A stretch of 35,235 nt of DNA from Bacteroidia bacterium (GTDB taxonomy: Bacteria > Bacteroidota > Bacteroidia > B-17B0 > Aurantibacillaceae), in the NCBI GenBank assembly GCA_036405375.1, contig DASWXS010000034.1, forward strand, positions 1-35,235. The letters run 5' to 3'. Shown here piece by piece: positions 18,859 to 27,050 of this stretch (positions are counted from its first letter, which is position 1; each line of letters opens with the position of its first letter). The notes under the pieces are model-generated. The model did no database searches and had not been told where the DNA came from. It was given only the letters and a program-made list of their open reading frames with translations. Made by a program: the position numbers and the translations under genes.

Positions 18859-20535
18859 ATGAAATCACTTATCGGCTTTTTGCTGCTGTATACTTTTATC
18901 AGCAAAGCACAAACTCCCACTGTGGGACTAATTCAAAATGATGCAGGCACTTACGACGGCTACACGTTATTTACGCCCCTGGCCTGTCCTGCAAATAACT
19001 GCGGAACTTATTTACTTAATAATTGCGGCGAAATTGTTCACCAATGGCCAACTACTGCTTCAGCAGGGCTTAGCTCGGTATTACTTCCTGACGGAAAACT
19101 ATTACGTCCTTATGCAATCCCCCATCCGTTTATCAATGCAGGTGGTGTAGGCGGTGGTATTCAGCTATTCGATTTCGATGGAAATCTTTTATGGGATTAT
19201 ATTCTTACCGATAGTATACAAACGCAGCATCATGATGTTGTAGCTATGCCAAACGGGAATATCCTGGCCCTGGTATGGGCCTACAAAGATTCTACCGAAT
19301 GTGTTAACAGGGGTCGAAATCCTGCTCATCTTACAAGTGGCGGAATCTGGTCAGATAAACTCATTGAGATCAGGCCTATTTTTCCTGATTCGGGTGAAAT
19401 TGTGTGGGAGTGGGATTCGTGGGATCACCTGGTGCAGGAATTTGACGGTTCAAAACCCCAATATGCCCCGCCTTCAAACCACCCGGAATTATATGATATC
19501 AATTATTACGGATGGAGCCTGGATGGAGCTGACTGGCTTCATACCAATGCTATAGATTATAATCCGGCTCTTGATCAAATAGCGATGAGCAGCCGTTATT
19601 TTCACGAGGTATATATTCTCGATCATAGTACAAGTACGGCACAGGCTGCAGGACATACCGGTGGTAATTCAGGAAAAGGCGGCGACATCATCTACAGGTG
19701 GGGTAATGCGGAAGCCTATGGAAAGGATTTGTATGTTAACAGAAAATTATTTGCACAACACAATGTACACTGGATAAAAGACGGGCTTACGGACGCAGGA
19801 AAGCTGATGATCTTTAATAATGGTACAGAACGTACCCCGGTAGAATATTCTTCGGTTGACATTATTGATCCGAACCCGGATGTAAACGGTAATTATACCC
19901 TGGATGTAAACGGCCGTTATGGCCCCGATTCTGCGGAGTGGTCGTACGTTGCTCCCAATCCAACTGATTTTCATTCACAATACATCGCCGGTGCAGAGCG
20001 CCTTCCCAATGGCAACACCATTATTTGCGATGGTACACACGGAACTATTTTTGAAATTGATGTTGCTAAAAATGTAGTTTGGAAATATGTTTCTCCGGTA
20101 ACCTATGGTGGCATTTTATCTCAAGGTAGCTCAGTGCCTCCTTTCGCTATTCATGGTACATCCAATTGGGTTTTCAGAGCTCCTAAGTATGGAGCCAATT
20201 ACTCTGCCTTTAATGGCCACACGCTTACGGGTTACGGCTACGTAGAACAAAATCCGGATCCTACCATTTGTCCGGCCGTTTCTATTGCAGAAATCAACAA
20301 GTCGGCATCTGTTTCCGTTTTCCCTAATCCAACAGATAGCAAAATCTCCATTAAAACAACCGAACAGGTTAAGGTTAACTCCATTGGCTTGCAAAATGTA
20401 TTTGGACAGGTTTTACCAATTCAGTTTGAACCGAAGGAAAAAGATCTTATTGAAGTTGACCTGAGCACTCTTCCTGCAGGTATTTATTTCCTACAGGTAT
20501 CCGATCAGCAGGTTAGGATTATTAAAACAAACTAA
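18859..20535 (+). CDS. Aryl-sulfate sulfotransferase (ASST)-like beta-propeller protein with T9SS C-terminal sorting domain, 558 aa
   Basis: Signal peptide MKSLIGFLLLYTFISKAQ. ASST-like blocks: GYTLFTP...YLLNNCGEIVHQW, HHDVVAMPNGNIL, EWDSWDHLVQ, DWLHTNAIDYNPALDQIAMSSRYFHEVYILDHST, LPNGNTIICDG. The C-terminal VFPNPTDSKISIKT...LPAGIYFLQVSDQQVRIIKTN matches a T9SS type A CTD. Confidence 0.75.
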   Translation: MKSLIGFLLLYTFISKAQTPTVGLIQNDAGTYDGYTLFTPLACPANNCGTYLLNNCGEIVHQWPTTASAGLSSVLLPDGKLLRPYAIPHPFINAGGVGGGIQLFDFDGNLLWDYILTDSIQTQHHDVVAMPNGNILALVWAYKDSTECVNRGRNPAHLTSGGIWSDKLIEIRPIFPDSGEIVWEWDSWDHLVQEFDGSKPQYAPPSNHPELYDINYYGWSLDGADWLHTNAIDYNPALDQIAMSSRYFHEVYILDHSTSTAQAAGHTGGNSGKGGDIIYRWGNAEAYGKDLYVNRKLFAQHNVHWIKDGLTDAGKLMIFNNGTERTPVEYSSVDIIDPNPDVNGNYTLDVNGRYGPDSAEWSYVAPNPTDFHSQYIAGAERLPNGNTIICDGTHGTIFEIDVAKNVVWKYVSPVTYGGILSQGSSVPPFAIHGTSNWVFRAPKYGANYSAFNGHTLTGYGYVEQNPDPTICPAVSIAEINKSASVSVFPNPTDSKISIKTTEQVKVNSIGLQNVFGQVLPIQFEPKEKDLIEVDLSTLPAGIYFLQVSDQQVRIIKTN

Positions 20536-20556
20536 CCCTCTAGTTGATACATTATT

Positions 20557-20597
20557 AAAAAAGCCTGGTACTCAGAGTGCCAGGCTTTTTTGTTTTT
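20557..20597. terminator. Bidirectional rho-independent terminator between convergent genes
   Basis: AAAAAA-GCCTGGTAC-TCAGA-GTGCCAGGC-TTTTTT(G)TTTTT. This is a 9-bp stem (one G-U pair) with a 5-nt loop, flanked by an A-tract upstream and a T-tract downstream, so it can terminate on both strands. Confidence 0.75.
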
Positions 20598-20645
20598 GTC
20601 TTGATTGTGAATGATCTGCGCCAGAGCCTACAAAAACAATTTCGT

Positions 20646-21947
20646 TTATTTTTTCTGCTCTTGTCTTTCGAGGTCAATTATATATTTTGCATCCAGCTTA
20701 ATCATTTCATCAATCGAAATTCCTTTTTCCCAGGCTTTGCCTTCAATTTGTTTCATCCACTCCGGGTTTTGTCTTATTTCAATTTCTTTCGCTTTCAGAA
20801 GGAACTCATCTTTTTGTTCAGGAGTTAGTTCATTATTTAAAAGCCCATTGGCTCTTTCTATAAAACCCCAGCCATAAGTATCCAATCCGTGTTCCGTACA
20901 AATAAGTATGATCACATCATGCTTTTTGATTTCTTCTAAGAGATCAAGTTTATATATAGCCGCTTTATCCGGATTATAAGGCGATCTTAATTCTTCGAAG
21001 TAATACAGGAATTTGTGGTCCGAAAAAACTTCTGTTGGCGCACCGGTAGATTCTATCCCAAAGTAGAAACTATCTCCTATCACCAACAAAGATGGTTTTG
21101 TTTTTTCTTTATCTGTAAAACTGCATTTCGGATATGCCATTTTAGCGGAAGGCAATTGTAAGGTAAGCAGGTTCATTGCTGCCCCAATATCATAATCAAG
21201 GTCCCTGAGCGAATCGCTCCATTCAATATTGTTTTTCCATAAAAGCGTAGGAGTTTCCACATTTCTTTCTTTTCGCACATATTTTATGATAGAGTCGGTT
21301 GCCCATGTATGCGCATAGGTACTCCAATGTATTCCATATTGCGAAAACAATGGATACTGTGAAGTGTGTATTACTTTCTCGAACGCCTTATTAAAATCAA
21401 TATGTTTTACTCCTAATTCAGTGAAGCTTTTCGACAGGTCTTCATAATTGGACATTTTTTTTGGGAAATAGCAGTCTGGTATTTTATCGCTATAAAAACG
21501 GGCTTTATTGGGTGCAAAAACAGGTATAAAAGTAATATTCATTTTTGCCAGGGTATCCTGCAGTCGTTTTACGGCTTTGGATTTACTTATCACCGCATCG
21601 TGTCCTATATAATCTTTTCCTACATAAGAATCGATATATGCTTCAGCGAAAAAAACATCATCTTTTCCGAATATCGCCTCTTTGTTGGTTGATAGTTTGA
21701 AAAGGCGATACCTGTATTCATTATAGATTCTTACCAGCAATTTCCGGAAACCAAAATTATCATTGATGTATTTTTCCTGGTTGGCCTGGAAATCTCCTTC
21801 AGCCCATTTCCTCATATAAAAGGGAGTTTTCTGTGTTGTGGTAAAACTTCCTTTAAGCGGGCGCTCATCATCAAACAGGTTGAAGTTATCCTGCAACATC
21901 GGAATAAACAGAAAAACGATAATTATGCCTAAAAAGATCTTTTTCAT
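20646..21947 (-). CDS. AlgX/AlgJ-like (SGNH-like, DHHW-type) periplasmic O-acyltransferase partner protein, 433 aa
   Basis: N-terminal anchor/signal MKKIFLGIIIVFLFIPML. The block FSQYGIHWSTYA sits where the D-x-H-W motif is expected, and LLVIGDSFYF is a GDS-type serine block. It lies immediately downstream (0-nt spacer) of an MBOAT gene, the canonical AlgI/AlgJ-type arrangement. Confidence 0.65.
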   Translation of the reverse strand: MKKIFLGIIIVFLFIPMLQDNFNLFDDERPLKGSFTTTQKTPFYMRKWAEGDFQANQEKYINDNFGFRKLLVRIYNEYRYRLFKLSTNKEAIFGKDDVFFAEAYIDSYVGKDYIGHDAVISKSKAVKRLQDTLAKMNITFIPVFAPNKARFYSDKIPDCYFPKKMSNYEDLSKSFTELGVKHIDFNKAFEKVIHTSQYPLFSQYGIHWSTYAHTWATDSIIKYVRKERNVETPTLLWKNNIEWSDSLRDLDYDIGAAMNLLTLQLPSAKMAYPKCSFTDKEKTKPSLLVIGDSFYFGIESTGAPTEVFSDHKFLYYFEELRSPYNPDKAAIYKLDLLEEIKKHDVIILICTEHGLDTYGWGFIERANGLLNNELTPEQKDEFLLKAKEIEIRQNPEWMKQIEGKAWEKGISIDEMIKLDAKYIIDLERQEQKK

Positions 21948-23375
21948 TTAGAACCTGAAATAAATAAACGGATTAAATCCTGATGTTGTGATAGACGATA
22001 ATGATAGCACAAATAAAATCAGAGAAGCAAAAAGCAGGAGTGAACTAGCTGTAATGGTTTGCTGCGAAACATAAACAACATCCTGAATTTTTTTCCCCAA
22101 TTTGAAAACGGTGAAAAAAGAAAACAGCACAGCAAACCCACTTATGAGCATAAATTCCCTGTTTAAGAAACCGGCCTGCAGTTCCCATTTGAAAGAAAAA
22201 AGTTTGGAAATAAGTGTAGTGGCCTGGTTGAACTCTGTGGCTCGGAAGAAAACCCAACCAATAGCTACTATAAAAAATGTGATGGCGATGGAAGGAATTT
22301 TCCCTATTTTCTCATATACTTTCAAAAGGAAAATCCTTTCCAATATTAAAAACACTCCATGATAAGCGCCCCAGAATATAAAGGTCCAGGCAGCTCCATG
22401 CCAGAGCCCGGAAGCAAGGAATACGAGCCACAAATTAAAATACAGCCTGTATTTGGATTTTACCCTGTTTCCTCCCAGTGGTATATACAAATAATTTCTC
22501 ATCCAGTTCCCCAAGGTCATGTGCCATCTCCTCCAGAATTCGGTAATGCTTTGAGAGGTATAAGGGTTATCGAAATTTTCAGGGAATTTAAATCCTATCA
22601 TTCTTCCTATCCCGATAGCCATATCCGAATATCCTGAAAAATCGAAATAGATCTGGAAAGTATAAGCAATCATTCCTATCCACGCATATGAAGCGTTGAG
22701 AGCCTCAGCCGGCATCGCAAAAACTGCGTCGGCCTTTGCTGCCATTATGTTAGCTATCAGAACTTTTTTCGCAAGCCCGATGCAAAAGCGGTAAAACCCT
22801 GCCAGCTTGTTGTCAACCGTATCATTAACCGACCTGTCAGCTATCTGGTCAGAGATCTCATGGTACCTGATGATAGGGCCGGCAATTAATTTAGGAAACA
22901 ACAGGATATACATCTGGTATTGCCAGAAGTTAGAAAGCGGTTTGTGCAGCTTTCGGTAAACATCAATAACATAAGTCAAACTTTCAAACGTGTAAAAGGA
23001 AATTCCTATCGGCAATATAACATCTGTCCATTTAACCTGTTCTATTCCAAAACCGGAAAGTATTGCATTAAAATTTTCGACAAAAAAGTTACAGTACTTA
23101 AAGTAGAACAACATTCCTACATTCAAAAACAGGGAAAGTACAAGGAACAGTTTTCGCTTGCGTTCGGTTGTAGCATTGTACATAACCCTAACCAGGTAAA
23201 AGTCGAGAGTAGTGGTTCCGAGTATGGCAAAAATAAATTTAGGAGCGCCCCAGCTATAAAACAAAATGCTTGATAAAAGGAGAATGGCATTTTTATATTT
23301 GTTCGCTGCAACAAAGTAAACCAACAAAAATATTGGCAAAAAATAGACTAAGAATATGCTGCTACTGAATACCAT
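21948..23375 (-). CDS. MBOAT-family membrane O-acyltransferase (AlgI/PatA/DltB-like), 475 aa
   Basis: Polytopic. Conserved MBOAT blocks FWRRWHMTLGNWMRNYLYIPLGGNR and SGLWHGAAWTFIFWG (invariant His). Confidence 0.9.
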   Translation of the reverse strand: MVFSSSIFLVYFLPIFLLVYFVAANKYKNAILLLSSILFYSWGAPKFIFAILGTTTLDFYLVRVMYNATTERKRKLFLVLSLFLNVGMLFYFKYCNFFVENFNAILSGFGIEQVKWTDVILPIGISFYTFESLTYVIDVYRKLHKPLSNFWQYQMYILLFPKLIAGPIIRYHEISDQIADRSVNDTVDNKLAGFYRFCIGLAKKVLIANIMAAKADAVFAMPAEALNASYAWIGMIAYTFQIYFDFSGYSDMAIGIGRMIGFKFPENFDNPYTSQSITEFWRRWHMTLGNWMRNYLYIPLGGNRVKSKYRLYFNLWLVFLASGLWHGAAWTFIFWGAYHGVFLILERIFLLKVYEKIGKIPSIAITFFIVAIGWVFFRATEFNQATTLISKLFSFKWELQAGFLNREFMLISGFAVLFSFFTVFKLGKKIQDVVYVSQQTITASSLLLFASLILFVLSLSSITTSGFNPFIYFRF

Positions 23376-23378
23376 AGT

Positions 23379-25409
23379 TTACTCCACTTCAATTTCGAGT
23401 ACTTTACCTACAATATCATTTTTAGGAAAAGGCACAAAATTCTGCTTAAACGGAGCGGTTGGCCACCACTCCTGGTTGTGCCATTCTTGTGTAACCAAAG
23501 CCGACATCTGGTTGTTAGGAATTGCTGAAACGGTTTGATCCATTATACAAACAATTCTCATTTTATCTTTCTCAGGTCCTATTCGCCATACTATTTTCGT
23601 AGGCTGCCAGTCGATCTCAAAATAATAATAGTCGCCTCCAAAAACTTCTTTGTTTTTTGCTGGTACTTTTGTAGTTAATGCCCTGTACCAGTGATCCCAA
23701 CGGTGATGCACAAACTCCAGCTCTTCGATGGTATGCGGAACGGCACCAATATTAAAGTTTTTAGGTTCGTGACAGGCAAGATCCCAATTCGTACAGGTTA
23801 CCATAATATCGTCGGTTTTAGAAGCATCTTCTCTAGGGTAATCTTCTTTTCCTCCGTACGAACTTTTTGGCCAGAATTGTGATTCTTTGATCATTTCGAA
23901 ATCAATTTCAGAATAAGTGGTTTGTGGCTTACTCTTTTTCAGGGCCTCATCATTTTCTCCGGCATCTCTTGGTACATATGCTATATCGGCGTTACAGATC
24001 CGTCGCATATTCCAATCAGACTCCCCTTCCTGGCATAGTAGCCAGAACGCATTGGTAAGACCATTCCACACATTGTATTTATTGATGAGTTCGGGGAATT
24101 TTATTTTCGCGCGCCATTTACCATAGGTAAATCCAACTCTTCCCACAATTCCAACATGTTCTTTTTTATATTCGCCTTCTTTATTTCCCGGGTTAACAAG
24201 TGTGATAGTATTTGTGCTTGAGTCAGAAATAACCGTTTTACAAGGGCAGTCGGAGCTGTTTACAAAAGTATCTACAAACTTATTGCTTTGCTCATATTTC
24301 TTTTTGAACTCTTCGTATTTCTCAATGGTGAAAGCCGGATCATAAGCATCCATAATTTCAGGAATGTTTTTAAGAGGGAAATCATGGTTGATATAATGGA
24401 AATACTGCTTAAACTGAGCCTTACGATACATTTTTTCCTGATCGCCACAGTTCCCGTTATAATAGGTGGTAGCATAACTTACTTTGTTTACGCCCGTACG
24501 ACCAATATATATTCCCGATCCCAGGTCCATCTTAGCCAACACCTTTATTTTCTTTTCAGCTACATGTGCTACAATGCCACCATTAGTTATTTGCTTGTCG
24601 GCCATGAAATACGAAAAAGGATTCATGAATTTTCCCTTATCATTTGCCTGACCTATATTCTGAATCTCGTTTGGTGTTTTTTTAAGTTCTGATTCTTTTA
24701 AAACCACCAACATTATTTTATATTCTCCAACGCGCGGATTTCTTTTCCACCTGTTGTTAAATGATTTATCGGCCTCCTTATCATGTTCTACAGCCCACAA
24801 TGCATCGAGATGTACTTGTTCCTCAGGAGCTATTTTTTGACGCTTGGCTTTCTTTAGAATTTCGGCATACCACTCAGGACTGTTTTTAATAATTGCTTTT
24901 TTTTGTGCAATCAGTGAGTCTACCTGCTCAAAAATATGAGGATTACTTCCGTAATACTTTTTTTCGTCTCTTGGATTTCCAATGATCCTAAAACTATCAG
25001 AAATAGTAACCGTTTCCTCAAAATCAGGGATTGGCTTAAATCCTATAGCTGTATTTTCCCAGCTTCCATAAAAATTCTCATCGCTAAGCTCTTCCTTTTC
25101 ATCAAACTTATACGATTCGTTTTGGTAATACAATCTATAATATAGTTTTTCTTTACAAGACTCCTCTTTCTGTAGGGTAAAGTCGAAAACAAAATTCCCA
25201 GCTTCACATTGTTTTGTGGTTGGAATGATCATTCCTGTTATTACCGCGTCTGATAAGTCAGCCTGTATGTTTACATTTCCCTCTTTATTAAATTCTTTGT
25301 TATTAACAGGATTAAACGATAAAACCTCAAACTCTTTTTTGCCGGAGCCGCAGGAAACGACCACCAATAGTACAATTACAGCAGAAATAATTTTAATACC
25401 ACTTCTCAT
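23379..25409 (-). CDS. Lipoprotein with C-terminal GH16-like (concanavalin-A-like glucanase) domain and ~400-aa N-terminal region of unknown function, 676 aa
   Basis: Lipobox MRSGIKIISAVIVLLVVVSCGSG. C-terminal GH16-like blocks: YGKWRAKIKFPE, WNGLTNAFWLL, the catalytic-type motif YSEIDFEMIKE (ExDxE), and YYYFEIDWQPTKIVWRIG. I recognise no domain in residues ~25-400. Confidence 0.6.
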   Translation of the reverse strand: MRSGIKIISAVIVLLVVVSCGSGKKEFEVLSFNPVNNKEFNKEGNVNIQADLSDAVITGMIIPTTKQCEAGNFVFDFTLQKEESCKEKLYYRLYYQNESYKFDEKEELSDENFYGSWENTAIGFKPIPDFEETVTISDSFRIIGNPRDEKKYYGSNPHIFEQVDSLIAQKKAIIKNSPEWYAEILKKAKRQKIAPEEQVHLDALWAVEHDKEADKSFNNRWKRNPRVGEYKIMLVVLKESELKKTPNEIQNIGQANDKGKFMNPFSYFMADKQITNGGIVAHVAEKKIKVLAKMDLGSGIYIGRTGVNKVSYATTYYNGNCGDQEKMYRKAQFKQYFHYINHDFPLKNIPEIMDAYDPAFTIEKYEEFKKKYEQSNKFVDTFVNSSDCPCKTVISDSSTNTITLVNPGNKEGEYKKEHVGIVGRVGFTYGKWRAKIKFPELINKYNVWNGLTNAFWLLCQEGESDWNMRRICNADIAYVPRDAGENDEALKKSKPQTTYSEIDFEMIKESQFWPKSSYGGKEDYPREDASKTDDIMVTCTNWDLACHEPKNFNIGAVPHTIEELEFVHHRWDHWYRALTTKVPAKNKEVFGGDYYYFEIDWQPTKIVWRIGPEKDKMRIVCIMDQTVSAIPNNQMSALVTQEWHNQEWWPTAPFKQNFVPFPKNDIVGKVLEIEVE

Positions 25410-25411
25410 TA

Positions 25412-27007
25412 TTAAGGGTTTTTTGTGTGTGCAATATTACTATTTTCTTTCCAATTTACCTCGTTGTTGCTGCTCAGTAACAAACAATAGAAAAATCCAA
25501 AAAATGTAACCCCCGCCTGTGTTTCCAAAGTGTCTTCGTTTAACATGGAAAGTATGGAGATCATAAAAAAGCTAATGAATAAATAGTGTTTGCCGGGAGT
25601 GGCAATAACAGGATAAAACAAGTACAGAAGAAAAATAACAAGTCCGATCACGCCAAAGGTTATAGTAGTGGCCATAAATTGGTTGTGACTTCTTAATCTC
25701 CAGTCTTTTTTCAACTGTGATCCTGACAGAACGTATTGATTGTTATAGGCCCGCTGAACATCCCCTGTTCCAACCCCAAACCACGTTTTACGTTTAATTA
25801 TATCAAACCCAACTCTCCAGAACTCAAGGCGCATCAAAAACGAATGACCTGTAGGGTTTTTCCCCTTTTGAAACGCATCATATTCATAAATGATCTCATG
25901 AACCCTCGCTTCAATGCCGGTACGGTTTGTATATAAATAATTGGTTGTTCCCTTTTCTACCCATGAAATATCTGCCTGCTTTAGTTTTGATATAGCCACA
26001 GAGTCTTTGTTCAGGCCCAAAGAGCTTAAATATCTTATGAGCGTACTTCCAATGCTGTTTCCTTTCTTATCCAGGCCGTTAAAATCAATATCGCTGCGTT
26101 TGTTCCATTCTTTTTCAAGTTCCTTTACACAAATATTTGCCCAGATCAGGTTTCCGTTTTCCGATTCTTTACTATTAAAGTCATTATAATAAAAATTGCC
26201 GGATGGCGTATATACCAATCGTTTCAAGGGTTTAAGCGGAACGCGTTGTTCATTTATTTCTTTTATCACCAAAAACAACATGCCACCACCAACCATAGCT
26301 ATCACAATCAAAGCAGCAACTTTGATTATTGGTCGTTTCAATTTTTTAAGCAACAAGAAACAATAGTATACCAAAACGATTATCAATACAACGATACCGG
26401 TAAACGATTGCATGATGCCGAGAAAAACAACCAACCAAATAATCAGTGCCGACTTTATAAGATACAGGTACCAGCTTCCTGTTTTAAAAAAATCATAGAC
26501 CAGGAAACAAATCACCAGGTCGATCATCAATGCAAACCGAATGTGTGAATTGAAAATAGAAATGTCCCTGATATCAACAACCTTGTGTTTGGTAAGGCCA
26601 AGCCATACCATAGTGCAAACAATACTGGCAACAAAAACGGAAGCTGTAAATAACCACAAAAGATACTGAATGATTTTCTTTTCAATAGGTTTAGAGGTAA
26701 TAAATAATAATGGAAACCAAAGGAGCGGGAGCTTTATTTTGATATCGTTAAATGCGTAATCGAAATCGGATGTCCAGCATAAACCTACCAAATGCAACAC
26801 AAAAAAGCTGCTCATTACCCACAATACACGGGAGGTTTTCATTACCTGCCATTTACGTTTCCAGTCGCCCTCAATGATCCAGTTGCCAAGCAATACAAAC
26901 TGCCCTACACTCATCAGGAATTTGGAAAGGGGTAAACCAACAATGATCAATACCAAACCAAACAGGAAGAGGTTTTTATTGGAAACTATTTGTTTGATCG
27001 TGGACAT
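25412..27007 (-). CDS. O-antigen ligase/polymerase family (Wzy_C-like) polytopic membrane protein, 531 aa
   Basis: About 10 or more TM segments. A large soluble loop (about residues 250-430) is followed by WFGVGTGD and RSHNQFMATTITFGVIGLVIFLLYL, resembling the conserved HN..l....GiiG block of Wzy_C/WaaL-type proteins. Confidence 0.65.
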   Translation of the reverse strand: MSTIKQIVSNKNLFLFGLVLIIVGLPLSKFLMSVGQFVLLGNWIIEGDWKRKWQVMKTSRVLWVMSSFFVLHLVGLCWTSDFDYAFNDIKIKLPLLWFPLLFITSKPIEKKIIQYLLWLFTASVFVASIVCTMVWLGLTKHKVVDIRDISIFNSHIRFALMIDLVICFLVYDFFKTGSWYLYLIKSALIIWLVVFLGIMQSFTGIVVLIIVLVYYCFLLLKKLKRPIIKVAALIVIAMVGGGMLFLVIKEINEQRVPLKPLKRLVYTPSGNFYYNDFNSKESENGNLIWANICVKELEKEWNKRSDIDFNGLDKKGNSIGSTLIRYLSSLGLNKDSVAISKLKQADISWVEKGTTNYLYTNRTGIEARVHEIIYEYDAFQKGKNPTGHSFLMRLEFWRVGFDIIKRKTWFGVGTGDVQRAYNNQYVLSGSQLKKDWRLRSHNQFMATTITFGVIGLVIFLLYLFYPVIATPGKHYLFISFFMISILSMLNEDTLETQAGVTFFGFFYCLLLSSNNEVNWKENSNIAHTKNP

Positions 27008-27050
27008 CGCTAAAAGGAACGCAGGAAATCTTTAAATAGTATAGCTTTTG

